From the NCBI GenBank assembly GCA_951804945.1, contig OX638153.1, positions 43,834,001-43,898,000 on the forward strand: DNA of 64,000 nucleotides. The letters are read 5' to 3'. Shown here piece by piece: positions 1 through 11,893 of this stretch. Source of the stretch: Podarcis cretensis. Its lineage: Eukaryota. The translations under genes were made by a program, and so were the position numbers. Under the pieces are notes generated by a model. That model was not told the origin of the DNA, did no database searches, and worked only from the letters and a program-made list of their open reading frames with translations. Every line of letters begins with the position of its first letter. Position 1 is the first letter of the stretch.

Positions 1-934
1 ACAAGGAAGGTTTCTGCCTGATTTGAACACCACAGAAGCAAAATATGATCTGGGGTTTGGGTGCATTTTTATTATTTGTTTATTTTTGGAATTCCAAAAA
101 TGCTGGTACACTTTTATCTGATATAATAAAGTATCATTTTAATATGGAAGACAGCACAGGCAGCAAGAGGCACACAACAAATCTGAGAGCCACAGAGAAT
201 AGCATATCTTCTTGGTTCTCCTGCCCCCCTCCCCTCCCCTCCCGCATGTCAATATAAATTAGACTTGGCGAAGCTTCTCATATGGATTACTAAGGGAACT
301 GCCACCTTGGAAGGAGATATCAGCCTCCAGTTGAAGACACCTGTCAATGCTGAAACTTAATTTAGGGTCAGGTGGGAATAGATGTCCCATCGGTCATCTG
401 TGAAATGATGGCAAACAGTTTTGAATGGAACAGCAAAGATGAGTACCCATACAATGACAAGAAAATTCGGCATAGCACAACCATGAAAATCAATATTTCA
501 AGCAGTGGCAGAAAAAAACTGCTGTCATACTGGCAGAAGGAAGCAAAATGAGATCCCAGTGCAGCCGAATCTACAGACTAGTTAAGCCAAAATGCCAGGG
601 TTGAAGCCAATCCTGTTCCTACTGAAGGCATGGGTGCTAAATCAACTTAAATCCAAGTACTTCAGCTAAACCGGATTGAACTACAACAAAAAATGCAATA
701 AAAAGCATCTATTAAAACTGTGCTGGGGAAGGTCTAAATAACAACTTGGGTAAATACATTCAAAGTAAAGCTTATTAGGAAAGCAACCATTGCTACATGC
801 TGGATTACATCCTGTCCCCATCTGTTCCAAGGCAAATGTTGAGTAGCTCCTTGGCTCCAAACAGACTTATACTGAAAATGAAAGTCTCAACCCAGTGGGA
901 AATTAGTCTAGCATCAGTAACACTGCCACCTGGA

Positions 935-1261
935 GCAGGGTGGGGTTACCGGTACCTAGGGGGGTGTTAAGAGGCAAGCAGGTAAAGGGCGGCAATGGAG
1001 GTGTAAATGAATATCAGACTTTGAAAAGCACTGGTTCGTCAACTTTGCTGAATCAATTAAACTGAATAGTTTTAAGTGGATTTTGAATAAATGTGCAATT
1101 AATTGTTACTATTTTGAATTTCATGTGTTATTATCTTCCTTGGTGGCTTGCACAAACTACTATTCTGAAGGATGTTTTGTTGCAGAGTAAGGAAGGAGGA
1201 GTGAGGAAGAGTTTATGGAATCAAGGGGGGGGCATAGTCCAAAAAAGTTTGGGAACCACTG
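935..1261. mobile_element. hAT-type non-autonomous element remnant (one clear TIR)
   Basis: Ends in aaagtttgggaaccactg (reverse complement CAGTGGTTCCCAAACTT, a Charlie-like TIR), followed by ctcta. The left end is degenerate, so the start is approximate. Confidence 0.5.
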
Positions 1262-1269
1262 CTCTATTT

Positions 1270-1652
1270 TATTGAATCCCCCCACCCCAAACCTTTGAGC
1301 TGTGCAAGATTCCACAGGTTCCAGACGCTGACCCAGGGTTTTGGAAATAAGGCACAGTGGAGACTATGATGTCTTTATGATATATGGTTTGTTTGCACAT
1401 ATATATCATATATGTTTGATTTCTGCTTGAATCCGAGGCTGTGGATATGGGACAAGCAAGGCCCTCTTGGGTGTTAATGCTGTGAACCCCTCCATTGTAG
1501 GCTCAGCTTGCATATATGTGTAAATAAACCATATATCATAAAGACCCCACAGTCTCTGCTGTCCCTCATTCCAAAGTAAACACAAACCCTGGGTAAACAC
1601 CTGAAACCCATGGAATCTCACACTGCTTGGGGTTTGGGGGTGGTGTGCAACA
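1270..1652. repeat. Imperfect long inverted repeat (~135 bp arms); MITE-like or back-to-back LTR ends
   Basis: 1270-1405 is an inverted copy of ~1512-1652 (gtctttatgatatatggttt / aaaccatatatcataaagac; acccagggttt / aaaccctgggt). Termini are tattg...caaca. Confidence 0.7.
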
Positions 1653-1672
1653 ATATGTTTCTCAGGCTATTG

Positions 1673-1906
1673 CATGGGTAGGCAAACTAAGGCCTGGGGG
1701 CCGGATCCAGCCCAATCGCCTTCTAAATCTGGCCCGTGGACAGTCCGGGAATCAGCATGTTTTTACATGAGTAGAATGTGTGCTTTTATTTAAAATGCAT
1801 CCTTGGGTTATTCGTTCTTTTCCCCCCTTCAAAATATAGTCCGGCCCCACACAAGGTCTGAGGGACAGCAGACTAGCCCCCTGCTGAAAAAGTTTGTTGA
1901 CCCGTG
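1673..1906 (+). mobile_element. hAT (Charlie/OC1-like) MITE
   Basis: TIRs catgggtaggcaaac / gtttgttgacccgtg; perfect 8-bp TSD ggctattg (1665-1672, 1907-1914). Same family as 27545-27791. Confidence 0.9.
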
Positions 1907-3165
1907 GGCTATTGGCTTCAGCACAACTACATCCTGCTTTTTCACTCCGTAGAATGGCCTGTGTGGTTGTGGATTTGGCTGCCTGTCTGACCTGCAAATG
2001 TCACTTCTGCCCATTTCCTTAGCTTCAGGTCTCCTGTAGCTAATATGGCCCTGCCCCTGCAAGAGCTCAGATACTGCTGAAACACTTGGTTAATGTGTCC
2101 CTTTGTCTCTTCGGAGGCAAAATGAAATAGTTTGGCAGATTCTCCAATTTGCAAAGGAATGGAAGAAAGAAATGGAAAAGCTCCCTCGAGTCTTGAGAAT
2201 GTCAACAGCAGCATCCCTTTCAGTCTGCATGGATCCTTTCAGCCTCTCACTTAACACAGCAGGCCAACTGCTAGCCAACGCTGCCGCTTAGAGACCCCCT
2301 ACCCAAGTCAGCGCAAAAGCACCTGGAGCTATTTTTCCCCAAAGAGATGGAAAGGGTGCAGCAAGCATGAAAGGTTCAGAATGCCTCTGAGGAGTTTCAA
2401 GTGGCCACTTAATATCAAGGAAAGTTTCCCGGCGAGCAGAGGGAAGGCATTTAAAATATATATTTCTGCTGAAAATGTGGAAATCAAATCCTTCATCCGC
2501 CTTGGCACATGGATTTCAAGCGGGAGAAGGAACACCAAAAAAGCGGTGCGTGAGGAAGGCGAGAGTGAAAGCAGGTAACACAAAGCCTACACATTTCCAG
2601 TCATCACTTATCAGATGCTACCCTTTGTTAAATTGATGAGTGACAGCCAGGAGCTTTACTACAGCTAGAAATGTCAGCACCAGATCATTATTTGATGACT
2701 ATCATTGCTAGCATAAAGGTCCTCGTGTAGAATAAAGCTAATGTTGCTGTCGTACAATTCAGTGCCCAGCCTGACATGCCTTTTGTCTGAATATAAGCCA
2801 CAGAGCCTCATCCAATGAAAAGGCTCAGCCAAGAATATCATATACCAAGGGATGTTAAGATTTTTCCTTTCTCCTTTACACTTGTCAACGGTGATGGAAT
2901 GCTATCTTGTTGTATGATGTGTACATCTTTCAGCAAATAATGACTACGAGAGAGAGAGCTGCGGCCCAGTGGAATTTCCCAGGTTCAGCAGTTGGCAGAA
3001 TTAACCCCTTAAGATGCAAACTGAATGATCCTTGCTGCAGCAGCTGCAGCACTTCTAGCACTTCCCCTGCCTAAATTCCCCTGCCTGAAAATGAAGTGAG
3101 TTAACCAGGACTAGGCTTCAGTCTGAAAGGATTGTCAGCTCAGCTCTAGTACTGAAAGCTCAGAA

Positions 3166-3213
<48 letters not shown>

Positions 3214-3435
3214 TCTACTGTGCCCACGTGGATGGGTTTCCCCAGCCCCTCTGGGCTGCTTTCAACAGAATAAAAATGACAGAAGCAGATTAAAACTTCA
3301 AACATTAAAAACTTCCCTAAAAAGGGCTGCTTTCAGATGTCTTCTAAAAGTCAGATAGTTGTTTATTTCCTTGACATCTGATGGGACTGCGTTCCACAGG
3401 GCGGGCACCACTACCAAGAAGGCCCTCTGCCTGGT
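3166..3435 (-). mobile_element. L2 LINE 3' fragment with (ATT)n tail
   Basis: (ATT)n at 3166-3213, then an L2 3'UTR/ORF2 end. Near reverse complement of the copy at 59511-59682. Confidence 0.8.
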
Positions 3436-3452
3436 CTGCACTGAATTTGGAG

Positions 3453-3453
<1 letters not shown>

Positions 3454-3495
<42 letters not shown>
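3454..3495. repeat. (CT)n microsatellite
   Basis: Directly visible; followed by a short tandem duplication (ctctttatttcttt...cctctggtaaat x2). Confidence 0.95.
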
Positions 3496-3497
<2 letters not shown>

Positions 3498-3943
3498 ATT
3501 TCTTTCCTCTGGTAAATCTCTCTCTCTTTATTTCTTTCTTACCTCTGGTAAATTTTACTGGTATATTTGAGGTCCAAGTAAAAACAAAGTAGATCTGAGA
3601 AGCCAACCCCTGAAAGGTCTGCCTACCACTCATTCAGACATTACTGAGCTTATATGGACCAATGGTCTAACTCTGTGTAAGGCCACTTCCTATGCTCCTT
3701 ACTCTGCTGTTTTCACATACTAGTGCCACTTATTTAACAAGGGCCCCTTCACCCACTATCTGTTATATAACTTCGTTCTTATTCTATGTTATCATTTCTA
3801 TTCTCCTTAATGCTGATGTAAAGCTTGAGAGTATTTAGATGATGCCAAAATGTAACATTACTACAATGCATGTATATTACATTTTGTGATGTTGCACCGG
3901 TGCAGTGATTGAAATGCCACATGCTTGGCACTTCTGCACTGAT

Positions 3944-4165
3944 GTAAAGTAAAGGGACCCCTGACTATTAGGTCCAGTTACAGACGACTCTGGGGTTGCG
4001 GCGCTCATCTCGCTTTACTGGCCGAGGGAGCCGGCGTACAGATTCCGGGTCATGTGGCCAGCATGACTAAGCCGCTTCTGGCAAACCGCACGGAAACTCT
4101 GTTTACCTTCCCGCCAGAGTGGTCCCTATTTATCCACTTGCACTTTGATGTGTGTTCGAACTGCT
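3944..4165 (-). mobile_element. Sauria SINE, 5'-truncated
   Basis: gtaaagtaaagggacccctg tail, ggttgcggcgctcatctcgc and ggtcatgtggccagcatgac cores, shared with the other copies in the window. Confidence 0.9.
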
Positions 4166-5366
4166 GTGTAGCACATCTTTAGACCAGGCTGCTAGTCAGA
4201 AGAGTGAAACATCATTACACGGCTTCTGTATGCAAGATAATATAATATAAATAGGACAGAGCCAATATAAAATGTCACAGTCATTTCAGAAACAAACATA
4301 GATAAGAACTTCATAATCCGCTCAGAAGCATTTTGTCGACAAAGATAAAGGTGTTATTGGACAAATCATTTGTTTGCTCTTAATTATCCATCCCATGCTC
4401 TACACTCATTTTTCCCACAACTCTCTAGGATGAAATCGCTTGTAAATCTTATATTTCATGTTGGAGATACCAGATTAAAGTCTAAGGATGGAAACAAGGA
4501 TGGAAACAAATGTCCCAGAAAATCTACTCATTCTGCTACTTGAAGGGTCACAGCAGAACTAAAATGCCTATAAAACTATACCTGAACCTGAAATCGTTAT
4601 AATGGGGAGCATATTTATGGTTGATAGAAGTGCTCTGCTTCTTTTTGTTTTATTGTTTTTTACAGTCAAACATCATTAGTATTACTGGCACACCTCTTCT
4701 TCATGTCAAGGGGCAATGGCAACTTTAATACAAAAGAATCTTCCAGTCAGGTATCTAGGTTTGAAAAGAATTGTACCTGCAAGACGCAACCATATTTCAC
4801 TATTAAACCGAGTGATTATAAGTGGTGCTTGGCTGAATACCCACCCACACCCACACCCACCCACAAAATGTGGGGGAATTCAGTGACTTCAAGGGGGGGA
4901 TGTGAATTTATTTAAAGTGGGGAGCTTATATTTGTGATTCCCAGTTTTTGGGAAAGAGTTGCTGCACTCAGGTATTGCTTGTGGGCTTCCCATCAACATC
5001 TGGCTGACCACTGCAAGGGTGGCAAATCTGTTGTTTCTAACATTACATATTTTATTGGCTATACTAATTTTAGAAGGCTTTGTACATGCTGGCCCAAGCC
5101 ATCAGACTAAATTAATTCACATGACACTTGAGAAATGATGATGTGTGGCTGTTGTCCTGCAGAGGGAAGATCTTTACGAAGGAGGAAAAAACTCCACATG
5201 TGAAATGGAGTGTGCAGTCAGCCCTACACATTATCACTCAGAACTGAGTTCAGTAGAACTTATTCCCCAATAACAGTTCACATTTTAGCATCATTTTGGA
5301 AAGCAGAGTCTGGGCAAGAGCTACATATCTGCTGCTTAGGTCTGACCACATTACTGTGGAGTTACA

Positions 5367-5400
5367 TCTATCTATCTGTCTATCTGTCTATCTATATCTA

Positions 5401-5432
<32 letters not shown>

Positions 5433-5458
5433 ATCTATCTATCATCTATCTATCTATC
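5367..5458. repeat. (TCTA)n compound microsatellite
   Basis: Directly visible; explains ORFs 5210..5509 and 5296..5526. Confidence 0.95.
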
Positions 5459-5945
5459 GGAATTTGTACACCACAGTCAGAAAAAGTGGTGCAGTGCTGT
5501 TTTCCCTAATTGCTTTGCTCTTTTAAGCCCCATTGCAACAAGCCAAGATTTCCTTTAGGTTTGAGCAGAGCAAAGTCTAAGTGATGGGATCAGGTAAGCT
5601 CCTCTACCACCAACAAAAGTAAGACATTCATTTCCATGTTATGCCAGCAAGAAGGTAGCAGCTCCCTAAGTATGAAGATGTTTCTGTTGCCTGGGAAACT
5701 TCCCCCTTTTGTCTGCAGTATTACAAATGACATATTGTGTATATTTGTCTTCAGTTACAAGATTATCATGTTGCCTATATACTGTATGCCGTAACTGAAG
5801 GAGGAACCCTTCCAGAGTGAAATCCACTCAAAAATGTAGTGTAATAGTAAGTACATAAATAAAAAAAATGTTATTAGAAGATCAGGCATGGCAACAGATA
5901 TGTAAGCCGAAGGACTGGCTAATTTGAAAGGAAATGTTAATTCTT

Positions 5946-6054
5946 AAGGAGGTTGGATGGCCGTCCATCATGGATGCTTTAGCTGAGATTCCTGCATTTC
6001 AGGGGGTTGGACTAGATGACCCTTGGGGTCCCTTCCAATTCTACAATTCTATTA
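5946..6054 (+). mobile_element. CR1 LINE 3' end, interrupted in its tail by the Chapaev element
   Basis: attcctgcatttcagggggttggactagatgacccttggggtcccttccaattctacaattcta is a CR1 3'UTR hairpin plus the ATTCTRTG-type tail. Confidence 0.85.
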
Positions 6055-6179
6055 CACTGGTCAACAACAAATTTGTTGTCTGTGTTTTTTCAGTTGATTT
6101 AGGATGAATCTGATGTGCTGAATCCAAAAATCACATTGGTTTTGCTGAATCAGGTCAAGTTTTTGAGCTATGGCCACAT

Positions 6180-6420
6180 GCCAGTGTGGTGTAGTGGTTA
6201 AGAGTGGTAGTCTCGTAATCTGGGGAACCGGGTTCGTGTCTCCGCTCCTCCACCTGCAGCTGCTGGGTGACCTTGGGCCAGTCACACTTCTTTGAAGTCT
6301 CTCAGCCCCACTCACCTCACAGAGTGTTTGTTGTGGGGGAGGAAGGGAAAGGAGAATGTTAGCCGCTTTGAGACTCCTTAGGGTAGTGATAAAGCGGGAT
6401 ATCAAATCCAAACTCTTCTT
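6180..6420 (+). mobile_element. tRNA-derived CORE-type SINE (Squam3-like) nested in the Chapaev element
   Basis: A box tggtgtagtgg, B-box-like ggttcgtgtc, CORE-like gggtgaccttgggccagtcac, L2-like 3' end and (CTT) tail. Confidence 0.8.
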
Positions 6421-6622
6421 TTTACGTTTTTGTTCACATGTACGCTTGTGTGGAGCATTTTAGTTGGTGGGGATAAAATGCCATGTCGAATAATTGTTTT
6501 GATTGGAAATGATTATTTTAATGACAAGAAGTATTCAGGTCGGATAGTTCTGGGTGATTATGTCGAAAAGGGATCAGTTTGAAGTCATAAAACCTCGAAA
6601 TCTTCCATAAATTGGCGCGGCT

Positions 6623-7983
6623 GGGATCAACAGAAAGAACCAGAGCAGCCTCAAGTATCCTGATCTTCAATCAGCATGTCGTCCTGTAGCTCATTGTGAT
6701 GAAATTCCAGTGCCTATCTTCGGAGAACTTCCTCACATTAGTGACGAAATGCCTCCAGTGTTGAAGGACATGAAGAAGAAGAAGTGGTTCTTGAAGATGA
6801 TGCTCCACATCCATTTTCCCAAAAGGAGTTGAATGATCTAGTTCATGACCTCAGCTTGTCAAAGAACTCTGCCGAACTGTTGGCATCCAGACTGAAGGAA
6901 AAAAACCTCCTCTCTGACAGTGCTTGCATCAGCTTCTTCCGCAACAGGCATCAAGAGTACCTCTGTTTTGTCTCGGAAGAGAAGGACTTGGTGTACTGTG
7001 CAGATATTGTGCAGCTTCTGCTCAAGCTTGGAGTGCCACAGTACAAACTGAAAGATTGGAGACTGTTCATTGACAGCAGCAAGCGATCACTGAAATGTGT
7101 TCTGCTACACAACGGTAACCAGTTTGCCTCTATACCCCTGGGTCACTCGAGTACACTGAAGGAGAACTATGAAGCGGTGAAGTATGTGCTGGAGAAAATT
7201 GGTTATGATCAGCATAAGTGGTTTATTTGTGTTGACCTGAAGATGGTGAACTTTTTGTTGAGACAACAGTCTGGCTTCACCAAGTACCCATGTTTTCTGT
7301 GCATGTGGGATAGTAGGGACCGTGCTCAGCATTACACGAAGAAGGACTGGCCTGTGCGGGAGGAATTGGTGCCTTGCAAATAAAGGAATGTCATCAACAA
7401 CCCTCTGGTAGACAGAGACAGAATACTCTTCCCACCGTTGCACATCAAGCTCGGCTTAATCAAGCAGTTCACCAAGGCTCTGGACAAGGATGGTGACTGC
7501 TTCACTTACTTGTGCCAGGCTTTTCCAGGATTGACCATGGAGAAGTTGAAAGCTGGCATCTTTGACAGTCCTCAGATCCGTCAGCTCATCAGAGATCCAG
7601 AGTTCGGAAAGTCAATGAACGAAGTGGAACTGGAAGCGTGGAAGGCATTTGTTCTGGTAGTGAATAACTTTCTTGGCAACAATAAGGCCAGAAACTATGC
7701 AGAACTTGTCAACAACATGCTGACTGCTTTCAGAAACCTGGGCTGCAACATGAGCGTCAAGATGCACTGCCTATTTTCACATATGAACCGGTTTCCTGAG
7801 AACCTGGGTTCAATGAGTGATGAGCAGGGGGAGAGATTCCATCAGGACATGAAAGAGATGGAGACCAGGTATCAGGGGAGCTGGGACACAGTCATGATGG
7901 CTGACTACTGTTGGACTCTGAAGAGAGACCTCCCTGCCGCTGAGCATTCCAGGAGTTCCAAGAAATGAAAGTTCAAGCCCTGA
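6623..7983 (+). pseudogene. Chapaev3-like transposase pseudogene (N-terminus deleted)
   Basis: Reads GINRKNQSSLKYPDLQSACRPVAH from 6623, with a frameshift near 6749. ORFs 6784..7383 and 7438..7968 are in the same frame, separated by one TAA. Motifs: WRLFIDSS, CVDLKM, KYPCFLCMWDSR, PPLHIKLGL, SDEQGERFHQD, MADYCW. The TGA at 7966 interrupts a KK(R)KFKP end. Confidence 0.85.
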
Positions 7984-8030
7984 AGTTTGAAAAATGGTGA
8001 AGCAACATGCAATTTACGTGTACTTACCTT

Positions 8031-8368
8031 AGTGCCTAGGACTTGCCAATCGCATGGTTGGCAGTTCGAATCCCCGCGGCGGGGTGAGTTCCCATCTTTC
8101 GGTCCCAGCTCCTGCCCACCTAGCAGTTCGAAAGCACCCCTAAGTGCAAGTAGATAAATAGGTACCGCTTTATAGCGGGAAGGTAAACGGCGTTTCCGTG
8201 TGCTGCACTGATGCTGGCTCGCCAGAGCAGCTTCGTCACGCTGGCCACGTGACCCAGAAGTGTCTCCGGACAGCGCTGGCCCCCAGCCTCGTAAGTGAGA
8301 TGGGCGCACAACCCTAGAGTCGGACACAACTGGCCCATACGGGCAGGGGTACCTTTACCTTTACCTTT
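8031..8368 (+). mobile_element. Sauria SINE, slightly 5'-truncated, nested in the Chapaev element
   Basis: gttcgaatcc B box, Sauria body and (ACCTTT)n tail; flanked by ttacctt at 8024-8030 and 8369-8375. Confidence 0.9.
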
Positions 8369-8724
8369 TTACCTTTATCAATGCCCACCATTCAGTTTAC
8401 AGTAAACCTGACCTGGTGGAGAGAAACGGATGCCATTTCCTGATTCAGCAGTGCAAAAATACCCTAAATCAGTTGTAGAAATCTAGACAACATTCAAAAA
8501 GTAAAAAATTGTTGCCCAGTGTTATTCTTGGCTGTGAATGAAATGTTCACCACATAGGATTCACTAGACGCATCAATTCACCATATTGGGAAATCACCTT
8601 CTCCAAAAGCTAAGCCAACAGCAGCGCTCTCTGCTCACCCTCCAAACACCAACTTGATATACTTTTAAATGTCAAGCAAATTCTGACCTAAGTGACTCCT
8701 CAAAGGCTGAATGCTTGTTGTGTA

Positions 8725-8984
8725 CAGTGGTACCTCTGGATGCGAACGGGATCCGTTCTGGAGCCCCATCCGCATCCTGAAGCGAACGCAACATGTAACT
8801 GCACATCTCTGCGTGCACAAGTTGCGTTTCGCCGCTTCCGCGCATGCACGTGATGTCATTTTGAGCATCTGCGCATGTGCGAGTGGTGAAACTCGGAAGT
8901 AACGTGCTCCGTTACTTCCGGGTCGCCGCGGTCCGCAACCCGGAAATGCTTATCCTGAAGTGTATTCATCCCGAGGTATGACTG
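8725..8984. mobile_element. Tc1/mariner (pogo/Tigger-like) MITE
   Basis: TA|cagtggtacctc ... gaggtatgactg|TA termini with TA TSD; CpG-rich, partly palindromic interior. Confidence 0.85.
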
Positions 8985-9445
8985 TACCAGTTTTAATAGC
9001 AGTTGGGTTTAATAGCAGTTGGGTTATTGTGAGGATTCAGAATGGTGTTGTGGAAACTCAATCAAAATACGGTATCAGAGTGAGAGATGTCAGCTGACAT
9101 TCTGGACATTCCAGATATAGCAGCTGTCATTGTCCAAGGAGCAGCTGATACTTCTTTCTCCAAATAAAGGATGCAAAATGCTGCACTGCTCATAAAAATA
9201 GGCTAATATGTATTCTCCTGTGCATTGGAAGTTAAGGGTTGCATCTCTAGAAACTACCTTTCTGCAAAATACCAGGTACGTTGATGATGTGGTTGATTGT
9301 GTATCTCCACCCTTTGAAAATCCCTCTCATTATATATCAGACAAGCATCATCTCTATGGTCTTTTATGTGCTAGTTTCCACTTTCACCAAGACTTCTAAG
9401 TAGAGGCTGTTATCCCAGTTCGTATCTGCATTGGATTTGAAGTGG

Positions 9446-9448
<3 letters not shown>

Positions 9449-9486
<38 letters not shown>
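9449..9486. repeat. (CA)n microsatellite
   Basis: Directly visible. Confidence 0.95.
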
Positions 9487-9488
<2 letters not shown>

Positions 9489-11893
9489 TATGTTGTTCCT
9501 TTTAAAATTGTTTGTATATGTAATATTTAACTCTTTTTTATATATGCAATTATTTTAACTGTTTTTATTCTCTTGTAAATTGTTTTGAGATGCCTCATAG
9601 GAAGCAATTCATAAATGAAGTAAGTAATAAAAATAGACAATAAAGAACATGGCACTTTTGAGCTGCTACATATTATACCCAAGACCAACATTAAATGGAG
9701 GAGCCATTCCTTAAAGCCTAAATCTCCAGAACGGTTCCTACTTGGGGTTTCTTAAGGGAATGGAGGGGGAAAGGCTCTTCCATTGACTACTTAATACAAT
9801 AGCTGTGGGCAGGGTACTGTGGTATACTATCTCCCTGAGCATTTGAAATTTTTGAGGATGGCTTCCTCCTCTGATTGGCCTCCAATGGCATAATTCTGGA
9901 ATGGATCAAGCACAAAGTGGCAGTAATGGTTCCCTCTCATGACTCTCTTCCTAGTCATGGGGGATGATATCATTTAGCATTGCCACACTTCCTGGCATAA
10001 TGCACACAAACACACTGGAATGGAGTAAGGGAGGATTTTGATTTGAGTTATTTTAGGGTAGCCTGCTTCACCCATTCGGAACCATGCCACAGGATGGGTC
10101 AAGTATCGTTATTAAAAGAAAAATAAACGGAGAGGCTCTGTGAAATCACTTTTCACCCTGCCTGCTTTTGACTCTGCACAACCACCCTGACGGCTTCTGC
10201 ATACTGATAAATGTGTTTTGCAGGGTGACCAGCGAGCTGGTATTTTCTGAGCTACAATGAGTGCCTTCTGAAAGAGTCTGGACGTTGTGAATGCAGGCAT
10301 GGAACAGCTTAGCTCCAGACACACATATTTTGATGACAAGGAATGAAAGGAAATGCAATAAAAGGTAGATAGAATTTTATTCAGCAACTGACACCAGTTT
10401 CTGCCTTTGGCATTCATTGGTAGCTTTAGCTGGCTGCAGTGGGAATTGCATACGCTCATCCTGCGAACAAAAATCAGCGGTGTGTCTTATGCCCTACATA
10501 TAATGAGCATACAGTAGGGAATTTTCATAGCACTGGGAAAGGCTATGGACGCAGAAGCAGCTTATGGAAAAAATATATACATAGCAAGTAAGGAAGAGAG
10601 ATCATCTTGCTTCCACCAAAAGCACAACACAAGATTTCAAAATGTTTCCAGAGTGTATCATTGGGCTCCTTACAATTCAGATATATGTCTCCATTTTCTC
10701 TCAAGCATAGAATTTAGGAATAGAGAGAAAGAATAAAGCCTAATATATCACACCTTATGGCTTTGTGTCAGCCTCATGGCCCACCCTGGAACACTGCATT
10801 GGTGCAGAGGTTGAGGAGGAGGCATGCAATGGCATTATAGAAAACTAAAATAGTGGGGAAAAGGTTTGACAGGTGGCAGGGTGGCAGAATTGACCCACCT
10901 GGCATGTCAGCCACTCTGCAGCTGGCGAAATTGGTGCATTCCAGCATGCTTGCTGTACTGTACTAAGATGCCTTAAGAGGGGATGCAACGAACAGGCAGT
11001 TTTGGCTTGCATACCACAAGCAGGAGGCCACATTAAATGTCATAAAAGACTCTCTGTCACATTGGATGTATTTCCTTGGCTTGGTATATGAAGCTAGGTA
11101 ATTCACATGCTCACCTTCAATATGAGGCAATCAATAGCATTACAACCCTGGAGCTCTTTCTCCAGTTCAGATTTTAATCCAAGCTAGAGAAGAACAACCC
11201 CTACCCTCCCACCATCTGCTTTAGGAAGAGGACTAAGAAGGCAGGTTTTTCTCCCCTGCCAACAGTCTGCTGGTGCTTAGGGAGCTTCTATAGCAGTCTC
11301 TGTTTTTTCCAGGGCTACTGATGTTGATAGGAATGTTCTGCAAACTCCCGCCCTGGGGACATTACATTTCCTGGATCATCAGGTGCCCAAGGGGAAAGGG
11401 CATGACCATAGCAGAGATTCTCTGCCTCCCTCCCTCTTCTCTTCCTGCTAGGGCAGAAGCCAGAGAAGCAAGTGAGAGACTAGGAAGTGAGTTTGGAGGT
11501 TGACAACTGAGTGACCAAAACAGATATGGAGGCTCTTAGTTGAGTTGAGAAAGGGATCAGAAATATGCATACCCCCAGTTATGTCAGCTGGTGTTTCCAA
11601 TAGCTGCAGGTCTCCCCAGGCATTTACCCCCAGCAACTGGTATTCAGAGATAAGCTGGGTGTCATTAAACTAACTTTTTGTGCTAGCTCAGGAATTAGCA
11701 CTAGCACATGGGGATTCCACCGTGCATGCCCATGCTATCTCCAAATCTTCTAAGGTGGCAGGAAACCCAGAACAGACTCAGGAGGAATTTGTAGAGAAGG
11801 GAGGGGAGGAAGAACATTCTGTCATTCACCTTAGCGCTATGTTGAATATAATGCACTATCTCTGTGCATGGAGATTCCAAGTATCCTTTATAG

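Larger units (their letters stand above)
6055..8521 (+). mobile_element. Chapaev3-type (CMC superfamily) DNA transposon, internally deleted, both termini intact
   Basis: TIRs CACTGGTCAACAA (6055) and TTGTTGCCCAGTG (ends 8521) match 12/13. 3-bp TSD TTA (6052-6054, 8522-8524). Subterminal inverted gatttagg..gctgaatc motifs. Transposase remnant inside. Confidence 0.85.

Noticed and set aside
6784-7968. Host protein-coding gene or domesticated transposase
   Set aside because: Lies between TIRs with a TSD, and has a frameshift, premature stops and no N-terminus.
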